Source of the DNA: Macrostomum lignano
Lineage: Eukaryota
DNA: 64,000 nt
Assembly: GCA_002269645.1 (NCBI GenBank)
Contig: NIVC01000525.1
Location: forward strand, 511,539-575,538
Reading direction: 5' to 3'
Shown here: positions 1 to 12,280 of the stretch, piece after piece
How positions within the stretch are numbered: position 1 is the stretch's first letter
Layout of the letters: every line of letters starts with the position of its first letter
Made by a program: the position numbers and the translations under genes
Notes under the pieces: generated by a model
The model's database searches: none
What the model saw: the letters and a program-made list of their open reading frames with translations, nothing else
What the model was told of the DNA's origin: nothing

Positions 1-312
1 AGGCACAGTGAGACAGACACAGACAGTGAGATAGACAAAGACAGTGAGACAGACACTAAGACAGACGCAAACACTAAGACAGGCACAGTGAGACAGACAC
101 TAAGACAGACGCAAACACCAAGACAGGCACAGTGAGACAGACACTAAGACAGACGCCAACACCAAGACAGGCACAGTGAGACAGACACAGACAGTGAGAT
201 AGACACAGACAGTGAGACAGACACTAAGACAGACGCAAACACTAAGACAGGCACAGTGAGACAGACACTAAGACAGACGCAAACACCAAGACAGGCACAG
301 TGAGACAGACAG
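1..312. repeat. Composite AC/AG-rich minisatellite (AGACAGACACTAAGACAGACGCAAACACCAAGACAGGCACAGTG-type units) filling intron 4 of the M3A gene
   Basis: Recurring units run from base 1 to about 312 and stop just before the inferred donor at 324. Confidence 0.9.
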
Positions 313-324
313 ACCCACACCAAC

Positions 325-3300
325 CTTGCGCATTCGTCCGCCGGACAGCCAGACCAGGCGGCCCAGCAGAGCGCCTTGGCCAGTCTCGCCGTTTGCATCG
401 AGCCGCCTCAGATCGAACACTTCAGCATTATGATGCGGATGCAGCGGCCCAGCTTCGCCAGTGGCCTTGGCATTGGCCTCGAATGACAAGCCGAATAACT
501 GTCTGATCAGATCGAACCAGTTCTGCCTGAGCTGGGCCATGGGCACAGCAGGCGGATAGCTGTGCTCAGCCAGCAGCCGCCGTTGCCAATACTCCCAGTC
601 CCACGGCTGCAGAGGGCCGTCTGTGAGGCCGCCGTTGTCTTGGGCGAAGTCGCTGACCCGATTGAAATGATCCAACGCGATTGGCTGATAGCGGCGCTTC
701 AGAACTTCAAGAAGGTCGACCACAGACTGAGCCGACTGGGGCAGGCCGTCCTGCAGTCGGAAAGGATGGCAAACTACACGAAAATCTGCCAGATTCATTA
801 CAAACTGCACAAGAAAATCTGCCAGATTCATTACAAACTGCACAAGAAAATCTGCCAGATTCATTACAAACTGCACAAGAAAATCTGCCAGATTCATTAC
901 AAACTGCACAAGAAAATCTGCCACATTCATTACAAACTGCACAAGAAAATCTGCCAGATTCATTACAAACTGCACAAGAAAATCTGCCAGATTCATTACA
1001 AACTGCACAAGAAAATCTGCCAGATTCATTACAAACTGCACAAGAAAATCTGCCAGATTCATTACAAACTGCACAAGAAAATCTGCCAGATTCATTACAA
1101 ACTACACGAAAATCTGCCAGATTCATTACAAACTACACGAAAATCTGCCACATTCATTACAAACTGCACAAGAAAATCTGCCACATTCATTACAAACTAC
1201 ACGAAAATCTGCCAGATTCATTACAAACTACACGAAAATCTGCCACATTCATTACAAACTGCACAAGAAAATCTGCCACATTCATTACAAACTACACGAA
1301 AATCTGCCAGATTCATTACAAACTACACGAAAATCTGCCAGATTCATTACAAACTGCACAAGAAAATCTGCCAGATTCATTACAAACTGCACAAGAAAAT
1401 CTGCCAGATTCATTACAAACTGCACAAGAAAATCTGCCAGATTCATTACAAACTGCACAAGAAAATCTGTCAGATTCATTACAAACTGCACAAGAAAATC
1501 TGTCAGATTCATTACAAACTGCACAAGAAAATCTGCCAGATTCATTACAAACTGCACAAGAAAATCTGCCAGATTCATTACAAACTGCACAAGAAAATCT
1601 GCCAGATTCATTACAAACTGCACAAGAAAATCTGCCAGATTCATTACAAACTGCACAAGAAAATCTGCCAGATTCATTACAAACTGCACAAGAAAATCTG
1701 TCAGATTTATTACAAACTGCACCCAGCTAGCCAAACATTTCACTATAAGCTACACATATTGAAATCTGCCACATTCATTACAAACTACACCCAGCTAGCC
1801 AAACATTTCACTATAAGCTACACATATTGAAATCTGCCACATTCATTACAAACTACACCCAGCTAGCCAAACATTTCACTATAAGCTACACACATTGAAA
1901 TCTGCCAAATGCATTACAATCTACACCCAGCTAACCAAACATTTCACTATAAGCTACACACATTGAAATCTGCCACATTCATTACAATCTACACCCAGCT
2001 AACCAAACATTTCACTATAAGCTACACACATTGAAATCTGCCACATTCATTACAAACTACACCCAGCTAACCAAACATTTCACTATAAGCTACACACATT
2101 GAAATCTGCCACATTCATTACAAACTACACCCAGCTAACCAAACATTTCACTATAAGCTACACACATTGAAATCTGCCACATTCATTACAAACTACACCC
2201 AGCTAACCAAACATTTCACTATAAGCTACACACATTGAAATCTGCCACATTAATTACAATCTACACCCAGCTAACCAAACATTTCACTATAAGCTACACA
2301 CATTGAAATCTGCCACATTCATTACAATCTACACCCAGCTAACCAAACATTTCACTATAAGCTACACACATTGAAATCTGCCACATGCAGCACCAAAAAC
2401 CGCACCTGGCTGCTCTGCCTCAAATCGATAGCCACCCTATTTTCGTATCCCAGCGCCTCGCTCAGCGTATCAAACGCTATCCTCTGATCGCTGATAACGG
2501 TAGGGTTGTCCAACCGATTAGCGAAATGCCTCAAACGGCCGGCAACGCCGCAGTGAGCTGACCAGGCGGCCTGCCTGGAGGCCCGGTCCTTGCACACTTG
2601 TATGAACTCATCGTAGATGCCCGGCGTCAGGGTTAACACGTACAAGCCTTCTTCATCGCTAATAGAGCGCAGGTGTTCGAGAAACTCCGGCTTAGCGTAC
2701 GACTCGAATAGGCCAGGATCGCTGATCACCATACGGTAGAAGGTGCCACTTGTGACAACGTTTGTCTCGAACTTGGCCGCCAATTCTGCCAGCTGGCGCA
2801 TCTGGGTGGCCACGTGCGACATCTGCTTGGGCGGCTGGCTCGTTGTCGCATCGTAGAAGCAAGCCCTGCGGCACTCCCGAATCTCCTTGTTCACCACCCA
2901 GATCTGCTGGTCCGTGAGCGCTGCGAGGGCGAGTGTAATATGCTTTGCAAATACACTTCACCAATACTGTCACTCCCGCTCCACCGATACTCAATATACC
3001 GTCACTCCTGCTCTATCGATACTCAATATACTGTCACTCCCGCTCCACCGATACTCAATATACTGTCACTCCTGCTCTATCGATACTCAATATACTGTCA
3101 CTCCCGCTCTACCGATACTCAATATACTGTCACTCCTGCTCTACCGATACTCAATATACTGTCACTCCTGCTCTACCGATACTCAATATACTGTCACTCC
3201 CGCTCCACCGATACTCAATATACTGTCACTCCTGCTCTACCGATACTCAATATACTGTCACTCCCGCTCCACCGATACTCAATATACTGTCACTCCTGCT

Positions 3301-4932
3301 CTATCGATACTCAATATACTGTCACTCCCGCTCTACCGATACTCAATATACTGTCACTCCTGCTCTACCGATACTCAATATACTGTCACTCCCGCTCTAC
3401 CGATACTCAATATACTGTCACTCCTGCTCTACCGATACTCAATATACTGTCACTCCCGCGCCACCGATACTCAATATACTGTCACTCCCGCTCCACCGAT
3501 ACTCAAAATACTGTCACTCCCACGCCACCGATACTCAAAATACTGTCACTCCCACGCCACCGATACTCAAAATACTGTCACTCCCGCTCCACCGATACTC
3601 AAAACACTGCCAATTCTCTACCTAACGTACTTTTTAAATAGTGTTAGTCAATCTCAGTCAAACAGATTGGCCTTACATTTGTCCAAATTGCGAACCCGTT
3701 CCAAACTAGCCAGATAATCGGCATCCTGATAGCACTCTTGTAGGTGCATTCGCAGTTTCACTATCAAACTGTCCACTAATCTGGCATAGGAGCTGGCCAG
3801 ATCGCTCTGTTCGAGGGTCACTGCCAACTGGCCGGCCCAAATCAGTTCCAGCAGGCGGCAGCGGTGCTGCAGAAGCGGCCGGACCAGCCGATCGAAGGTT
3901 GCCGCCTCCGGCGCCGACGGATCGTCTGCTTCTGCCGCAGGGAAACGGTGCAGGAGAGCGGCTAGTGTGGCATTTTTCTGATTTTTTGACTGGTTAGGGA
4001 TTGACAAACATCCCTCACGACTGATTAGATAGGATTAAACATCCCTCACGACTGATTAGATAGGATTAAACATCTCTCATGACTGATTAGATAGGGTTAA
4101 ACAACTCTCATGACTGATTAGATAGGATTAAACATCTCTCATGACTGATTAGACAGGATTAAACATCTCTCATGACTGATTAGATAGGATTAAACATCTC
4201 TCATGACTGATTAGATAGGGTTAAACAACTCTCATGACTGATTAGATAGGATTAAACATCTCTCATGACTGATTAGATAGGGTTAAACATCACTCATGAC
4301 TGATTAGATAGGGTTAAACAACTCTCATGACTGATTAGATAGGGTTAAACATCTCTCATGACTGATTAGATAGGATTAAACATCTCTCATGACTGATTAG
4401 ATAGGATTAAACATCTCTCATGACTGATTAGATAGGATTAAACATCCCTCATGACTGATTAGATAGGGTTAAACATCTCTCATGACTGATTAGATAGGAT
4501 TAAACATCACTAGATGTAAGTAGGCAAGAGAGCCATCATACCAGAGGAGCCAACAGCGGCATCCAGCAGCTGGTCGTGCAGAGTGGCGCCCGCCTGCAGC
4601 TCCCGGTGCACCCTGTCGTAGTAAGCCACCCAGTCGATACTGTCGACTCTTACTAATCGGCTATTATCGCTAATGTCAACAAAGAGACAATCGTCCGACA
4701 ATTGCTGCCTAGGCACGTCTGGTATTCGAATATAAACGGGCACTTCCCGGCGCTCGTGCCGGAAAGCCGGATAGACAGACTCGGGTAGCACGTGTTTCAG
4801 CCATTGCCTACCGCTGGCTGAGCTGAGGTGCCGAGCCTGTAACAGCAGATGATGCGAACGCGTCTGCGGAAATCTTCCAGTAAGGCCGCCGCAGGCGCCA
4901 CAGAATAGCAACTGTTTGGCAGCTCTAAGCAT
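325..4932 (-). CDS. M3A-family oligopeptidase A-like metallopeptidase with probable mitochondrial presequence; exons 4932-4542, ~3961-3677, 2920-2406, 750-~325; 3' part (including HExxH) lies beyond the left edge
   Basis: ATG at 4932 begins an Arg/Leu/Ser/Ala-rich N-terminus. GT/AG junctions are phase-compatible (TCTG|GTATGA, AAAT|GTAAGG, CGCAG|CG, CCAG|GTGCGG, CTGCAG|GAC). Peptides LTDQQIWVVNKEIRECRR, LGYEN and LQPWDWEYWQRRL...LIRQLFGLSF...VFDL follow the OpdA/PrlC layout from memory. The exon 2 acceptor is the least certain junction. Confidence 0.75.
771..1730. repeat. 33-bp minisatellite (AAAATCTGCCAGATTCATTACAAACTGCACAAG, with 31-bp variants), about 29 units, intron 3
   Basis: Direct tandem units. 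It explains the spurious KICQIHYKLHK / ENLPDSLQTAQ ORFs. Confidence 0.95.
1731..2386. repeat. 68-bp minisatellite containing the core of the adjacent 33-bp unit, about 9 units, intron 3
   Basis: GAAATCTGCC recurs at 1761, 1829 and onward (period 68). Confidence 0.95.
2962..3608. repeat. 32-bp minisatellite (TACTGTCACTCCTGCTCTACCGATACTCAATA), about 20 units, intron 2
   Basis: Direct tandem units between exons 2 and 3. Confidence 0.95.
4006..4508. repeat. 31-bp minisatellite (AAACATCTCTCATGACTGATTAGATAGGATT), about 16 units, intron 1
   Basis: Direct tandem units between exons 1 and 2. Confidence 0.95.
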
Positions 4933-5954
4933 GTGTAGCCAGCAATGCCTGCTCTAGCATGCAAGAAGGACAAGCAAAATTAAACTGGCTTGGCTTATTG
5001 CAGTTTTAAAAAAAGATTCAATAAGGTTGATAATGCTTTCATTTGTTATCTTAATCTATATCACTCATTAACAGATCTTATTTTCACTTATTGTACAAGA
5101 AGAATGGCTAGGACTGTATTTATCATAACTTTAGCCCCTACCACCCCATCTGCACAAAATCAAGAGCCCGGGGACTTAAGAGCTTCTCCTAGGCCCCTTG
5201 CATTGAAAGTGAAAATATTCATCTTAACTTTAGCTCCCACTACCCCATTTCAGAATGTGTACATGACATTGAAAATCACTGTTGCTTGAGTCTGTGACCC
5301 TAGGGACTTAGGAGCTAGCTCCCCTATAAGTACTTTGAAACTTTCAACATTAATTCATGGCTCCAATGATATTTTAAGTCTATATCACTAGATATGCCAA
5401 GCCAATATTACTAGATATGGGAAATGTGTTCTTTATTAGAATAAGGAACTAAATATATTAGACAAAATTAGACTAAATATATTGTTCCTTACTAAATATA
5501 TTAGACATAAATTAAACAAAAAGGCATTAAAAATTATAATATAAGAATACTAGTTGGTCTAACAAATTTTAAGAGCTGATTAGGGTAATTTTACTTTTTA
5601 CCACAATCATAATAGGGCTTAAGATCTTAAATCTAATATAATAAACTTTTTTTAAAGATCATTACATTATCAAGAACTGACTAGACAAATTCAAAGAATC
5701 ATCACTGAAAAGACTTTCAATTTCAGCAATTTCAGCTTATAAACTATGCAATTGTCTATAGTGATCATACAGTTATATATAAGCCAGACTAAAGACAATA
5801 TACATGTACACCAAAAATACTGGTATGTAGAGAGATCTGGCATATATCACTGGCATACAAATTGGCCTAGCATATCCCTTGCTATATAGTTTGCCATATA
5901 GAGATTGCCAAGACAATAGCTAGGACTAACTTACAAGTCCCAATCAATATACAA

Positions 5955-6157
5955 CAGGGCAGGGCTTAACAAACTCTGGCTTGTATCATTCTTGTATCAG
6001 TTTTAACTATGGGGTTGTTGGTTATATTTGCTTTAATCCTTTAAAATTGTCATTTATAGCCCAGCCAAAATTTGTTGTATACATGTGTTTTTTGGCTTGC
6101 CACCTTAGACAGTCTTCTAATCTAGCCTAGTCTATCTGAAAAGTTTGCCAATCCCTG
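5955..6157. mobile_element. Decayed hAT/Charlie-like MITE
   Basis: Left CAGGG(CAGGG)CTTAACAAACT versus right AAGTTTGCCAATCCCTG. The 8-bp flanks ATATACAA and TTATACAG match 6/8. A similar TIR, CAGGGGTTGGCAAACTT, sits at 11684. Confidence 0.4.
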
Positions 6158-8397
6158 TTATACAGTGTAGTTGGCATACAAAAATGACCAAGTTCAAGTT
6201 TGGTATATTCTTTATATACATAGATATAGTAGCTAAACTTTGATCAAAAGGACTAATAATGCAAAAAGCTAGCTACCAAAAATTAACAAAATACTAAATT
6301 GAAAATTGTGTTTGGCTTTATCAAGATATTATTTGAAAATAATACAAAAAATAGGAAAAACAGTAATTTTATACACACAGTTTAGTTAAATATTAGGCCA
6401 GTTTAATTAACATTTTTTGCAAAGATTTAAACTTTGTAAGCATAAATTTAGGTTGTTATTTTTTATTTGTCTTAGCATATTTTTAGGCCTATACAATATA
6501 AGTCCATTGGCATATATTGACATATAGAAGCTATTGATAGATTGAAATTAGATTTCAATTTCAATATTCCAAATTTTGCATTGAAATAATTTCAATTTCA
6601 GTTTTAAATTCTAACACTATTCATCAAAAATTATTTCAAAATTTTGGTTATACTTTAACAATTAGGCATTTATAAATATATTTTATATTTACAAATAAGA
6701 AAATCTATAAAAGTAAAAAGAAGCATAGTTTGAAGACTCAATAAAGAGATAAAAATTGTTTTTTTGCAAGAAAAGATTGTGCAATGTTTGCACATTGTTC
6801 TACACCTTGTGTTGCACTTATCTTAACTTCTATAGAAGCCTACTGGCTGAACTCATTGAGTATAGATTTTAATTGGCTAAAGATTTTGAGGAAAGCTGTA
6901 ATGAAATTAGTTTATTTTGATCACCAGATTAAATGACAATAAATAATAATACACTTTCTATTCTAAGTAGGCCTTTAATATATAATGTAGACTAGCTTTT
7001 TCTATTTTATAATTTTTAAATAAGCCTAAAACAAGTAATTTCAAGTATTTAGGTTTAATCACCTAAGATATTTTATAAAAATATAGGCTTGTACATGTAG
7101 ACCATATTGTAGATCATGTTACATGTATGCTGGAAAGTATTTGGCTATCTAGTAAAGTGTATGCTAGTAAATTACACTAATTAAGCATTCTAGTAAATTG
7201 TATGCCACTAAAAATTGTGTGATTAAAGAGCACATAACCAATTCAACAAGTGATAGATGCACGCAGCAAAAATTGCTGCAAAAAAACAAAACCTATATTA
7301 TTTAAAAAACAGAAATTATTAATAAAACAAAATTGTTCTATATACTATTGTTTTAGGTATATTTTTTACTATTAACTATAGAAACTATAAGTATATTATT
7401 TAAGAAATTAATTTATTGCCAAAAAATTTAAAATTAATTTTACTACAGCAAAGCCAAAGGATTCTTTAGTGTAATTTATGCAATTATAACACATACTTGA
7501 ATGCTTTTGTACACTGCACCACAAGCTGGAACATGTATAGTTATAAATTATAAGCCGATGATTGTGCCAGAAAGTTGCATTTCCTCCTTGTACACTACAT
7601 ATACACTAGCTAAAGCATTTGTACACCAGAATTTTCTGGCATATATTACACCTTCCACAGTATGGCATGTAGATGCAAGTCATTAAACTTTCATTGTATA
7701 ATTAGCAAAAATTCAAAAGTTTATTTAGGCCTAATTCAAAAAATTAGATTTAGATTATCATTTTTTAAAAGCCAAAAATTTTTTATTTCATAACAAAAGT
7801 TTTGATCCATACTAATAGAAGCTAAAGAAGTAAATTTTATTCTAGCATACATTAATTAGCACATGATCTTGACACTAGGTCCTTTAGTATATAACATAAG
7901 AATTGACAATAAAGGTCTATATATATACTTGTATTGTATAAATTCTATGCTACTGTTTATGGTCAAGAGTCAAGACCAGATCATTTTTACTCAATGGCAA
8001 ACTTTAGCTAGAATTTAGTTCAAAGTTTTGAATTAGAAATAATTTTTAGCTAAAATTTCTAGCTAAGGCCTACTTCTATAGCAAAAAATCCAAGCTTTCT
8101 GGTGAGGTGCATATAAACGGTGTAAGACCAAGATGGCCACACACCAAGATGGCCACAGCTGGGGTGGGGGTCACGGAAAATGACAGCTGGTTTACTATTG
8201 GATAGCTTCGGGTGGGGAGATGTGGGGTTGCAATGGGGGGGTTTAGACAGGCAGTCAAAATTTTATTAGCATATTGCAGGGCTAAAGACAAAAATGGTTA
8301 CGAGTCTTAATTTCCTACTTATAGTAGGGCCCTAAGAGGTATAAACGTATTTTGCATTAAACAAATCTCTTCTTCATATAAAATCTGGTGTAGCAAG

Positions 8398-8676
8398 CGT
8401 GGACAGAAACCGCTGAACTTCTACCTTCTGCTGGACCTGCTAGAGCGTGATGCTGAACGGGTGCGACGGCTACAGCAGCAAGTTCACGGGGGCCAGGCTG
8501 TTACTCATCACCAGCAGGTGCATGCCAGGTACGCACAAGTGAATGCTGCCTTCGAGACGCATTGCAGACATCTTAGAGAAAGTACACTTTCAATTGCGGC
8601 TTTTCTAAGGGCCTGCAGCCATCTGCACACTCAGCCTGTCTGGCAGGTACAGCAGCCTGCAGATGAGGAGGCTTAA
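8398..8676 (+). pseudogene. MULE-type transposase C-terminal fragment
   Basis: KPLNFYLLLDLLERDAE...YAQVNAAFE...SIAAFLRACSHL resembles the C-terminal tail of invertebrate MULE transposases (recognised from memory). It lies inside the TIR pair. Confidence 0.6.
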
Positions 8677-8711
8677 AAACTCATCAACTACCCAAGCCGC
8701 CCGCCCAAATC

Positions 8712-9238
8712 TATTGCCATTTCAGATCATAACGAGTTAAAAAAGCCAAAAAATCCGCACTTACTTAGTTGCTGCACCCATTGCTATAATTTGCTTGAAC
8801 TTTGTCATCTATCCATGCCACCCGTACCTTATTGCCATTTCAGATCATAACGAGTTAAAAAAGCCAAAAAATCCGCACTTACTTAGTTGCTGCACCCATT
8901 GCTATAATTTGCTTGAACTTTGTCATCTATCCATGCCACCCGTACCTTATTGCCATTTCAGATCATAACGAGTTAAAAAAGCCAAAAAAATCCGCACTTA
9001 CTTAGTTGCTGCACCCATTGCTATAATTTGCTTGAACTTTGTCATCTATCCATGCCACCCGTACCTTATTGCCATTTCAGATCATAACGAGTTAAAAAAG
9101 CCAAAAAATCCGCACTTACTTAGTTGCTGCACCCATTGCTATAATTTGCTTGAACTTTGTCATCTATCCATGCCACCCGTACCTTATTGCCATTTCAGAT
9201 CATAACGAGTTAAAAAAGCCAAAAAATCCGCACTTACT
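8712..9238. repeat. 118-bp tandem repeat, about 4.5 copies
   Basis: TATTGCCATTTCAG begins at 8712, 8830, 8948, 9067 and 9185. Confidence 0.95.
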
Positions 9239-9959
9239 CATTTGTACTGCACCCAATATAGCCCTGGAGCATATTTAAGAATCACCGTGCACATTTCTTG
9301 CCAGATATTACACTTTGTTTTACGCTCAAATTTGGGATAGGGGGTTCATTGCGTCGCACTTACAGAGCAAACAGCCTTTACTGGGCTAGTCACTGCATGT
9401 ATGTGTGACTCAGTGCACTTCTGCCTCCGTAATTCATCATCATCCCCATCATTATGCATGATATTATATGAGCTACGTATACGAGCTATTAAAATGCAGA
9501 TATGAGATACCTTTTGCACCCAAGTTTGCAGAACAGCTAGGCCTGATGAAAGATTTCATAGAAAAACAATTTATTCATTGCTACAAGCTGTTGTCAATCC
9601 GTTGGTATCTAGAAATAATATGAAATATCGTGAATGGGTGGCAACTGATGCAGTGTTTTTATTTTTGATTTCCACTTCTATTGAGTTCACATATGAGCCG
9701 TATTAATTTGTTTAAGTTGAATACAAAAGGTAGGTGGGGTTGCTTTCAATTCAAGCTTGAATGAGCAAAGACTTAATTTATGGTCACGGATTGTTACACT
9801 CAAGCCAACCCTAGAGCAACTTTTTTTCAATTGTGGCCTGTACTGATACGATACGATTGGAAGTCATAAATAGTCTAAATAACTGACTGGCTTGCGTGGA
9901 GATAAAAGTCTATCTATATAAAACAGCTCACCTCAAATCAGCCATATCGTTATTTTAAA

Positions 9960-12280
9960 GGAGAATAAAGGGGGAGAATCGAGAGGACAGGAAGAGAGGG
10001 GAAGGGAGAGAAGAGAGATGAGAGGAAATAGAAGAAGGGAGAAGGGAGAGAGTAGAAAGGAGAAGAGAGATGGGAGAGCAGGAGAGATGAGAGGGAGGAG
10101 AGAGTAGAGAGGGGAGGTGAAAAAGTAAAGGGGAGAAAGTTGAGAGAAGAGTTGGGAGAGTTGGGAAAAAAGAGGAGAGATGTTAAAGGAGAGTACAGAT
10201 GAGAGATGAGAGAGAGGAGATAAGACAGGAAATAAATAATAGGAGAGAGGGTCGAGATGATAGAGGAGAGAGAATTGAGAATTTCGCACTGACCTACGAG
10301 GTGCGAACAAACACGAGAAATCAAACTGAAATTTGCTAATTTTAACAGTCCCAGACTTCCATTGTTCCTACAAAATTTTAAACAGCGGGGCAGGACCTCC
10401 TGCGGGGCAGACCCATGGAAATTTTCCGGTTTCCAAGATAATATTGACTTATAGGGAATAAACACATACCGTACGAGCTCAAATTTGAGCTCAAAGTTCG
10501 AGCTCAAATCCTAGATATTTAAACATCGCCACATGAGCACGGAGTCACAACATAGTTTGAATATAATGGAAAGCGCACGTAAATAAGCGAAAAGCGGTAT
10601 CCAACGGGGCAACACGAGCAAACTTTCAATACGCTAATTGGGAGGGGATTAAGCAATCACGGGCTGACTACCATTTTGCCACTCAGCGGGGGGTCGAACG
10701 GGAGACTAACTCCTAATAAATAAATTTTCTCAGTTCTATAATCTTTAATGGCATGACACGGCCTTCACACATGGGGGCTCCAAGGCCTCCACGCTCCTTC
10801 CAGTGATTTTTTAGAATAGTTTTTGGCTCTTAGCAAAGACAGTGCACTGCCCCCATCCACCAGAAGGTGGGTGGGCACATTCCAATTCTACAACAATATC
10901 TCTCCCGCGTTGCCTTCTAGCTGGCCTCAGCTGGTACAAGTCGGGACTTTTTCAAACATAGGCTTCTTTCCTATGTTTGCTATCTATCTTTCCTATCTTT
11001 CCTTCTTTCCTAAGGGGAGAGAGTGGAGACCAGAGATAAATGAGAAGAGAGAGCAAAGATGAAAGAGAAGAGAGGTGAGGGAAGATCGACGAGAGAAGAT
11101 GGGAGAGAGGAGATGGGAAAGAAGAGAAGAGAAGAGAGAGAGAGAGAAGAGAGAGAGAGGAAACAAAAGAGAAGATAGAAGTTTCAAAGGATCCGAGGGA
11201 CAGAGAGAGACAGGAGGCCAGAGATTTTGCCGATACATGTTTTCGAAAGACAAGTTTTTGTTTGAGTATGACTTCAGATTTTAGAACTAGATATAAGCTG
11301 AGCTGAGAGAGAAGATGAAAGTAGAGGCTGAGAGTAGAGAGAGGCTGAGAGCAGAGAGGGGCTGAGAGCAGAGAGGGGCTGAGAGTAGAGAGGGGCTGAG
11401 AGCAGAGAGGGGCTGAGAGCAGAGAGAGGCTGAGAGCAGAGAGGGGCTGAGAGCAGAGAGGGGCTGAGAGTAGAGAGGGGCTGGGGATAGAGGTTGAGAG
11501 TGGATAAAGGCTGAGAGTAGAGAGAGGCTGAGAGTGGAGAGGCTGAGAATAGAGAGGTTGAGAGTAGATAGAGGCTGAGAGTAGAGAGGTTGAGAGTAGA
11601 GAGGCTAGTTCACGTTGTTCTCAATCCCATTCCACTATACATGTAGTTTTTATCTAATGTGACTAAGCCAGGTGCTTTTAGTGCAGGGGTTGGCAAACTT
11701 TTTACCTCGATTGAGAACCCAGCTCATGACTGCCCTTCTAGTCCGCTTCGTTGGCCCCCAAAGCGAAGCGAGGAGTCCTGATGACAGAGTGGGCCAGAGA
11801 TGAGGAGAGAGGGTAAGGAATAGAGAAGAGAAATACAAGCATAGGATAAAGGAGAGGCGAAGGAATAAAGGAGAAGAGAGTTGATGAGAGGAGAGATTAA
11901 ATACGAGCGGAGAGAGAGGAGAAGGGAGATTAATGGAGAGGAGAAAGGAGGAAAGGGAAAAGAGAATGAAGAGGAAAAGGAAGATGAGAGCAACGAAGTG
12001 AGGAGAGAGGAGAGGAGAGAGGAGAGGAGAGAGGTGGGGAGAGGAGAGAGGAGAGGTGGGGAGAGGAGAGAGGAGAGGGCAGACATGAGAGAGAAAAGAT
12101 GAGAGAAGAGGGCAGACATGAGAGAGAGAATAGATGAGAGAGGAGAGGGCAAGAGATGAGAGAGGAGAGGGCAGAGATGAGAGAGAGAGAGAAAAGATTA
12201 GAGACGAGAGGGCTGAGATGACAGAGAAAAGATAAGAGACGAGAGTGCAGAGATGAGAGAAAAGATGAGAGACAAGAGGG
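9960..12280. repeat. Cluster of polypurine (GA-rich) low-complexity tracts (9960-10270, 11010-11175, 11790-12280) and an 18-bp GCTGAGAGCAGAGAGGGG minisatellite (11300-11606)
   Basis: Base composition and direct repeats. Confidence 0.9.

Noticed and set aside
562-3717. Long ORFs (422, 349, 275, 276 aa) with perfectly periodic peptides
   Set aside because: They are translations of intronic minisatellites, open in several frames and on both strands.
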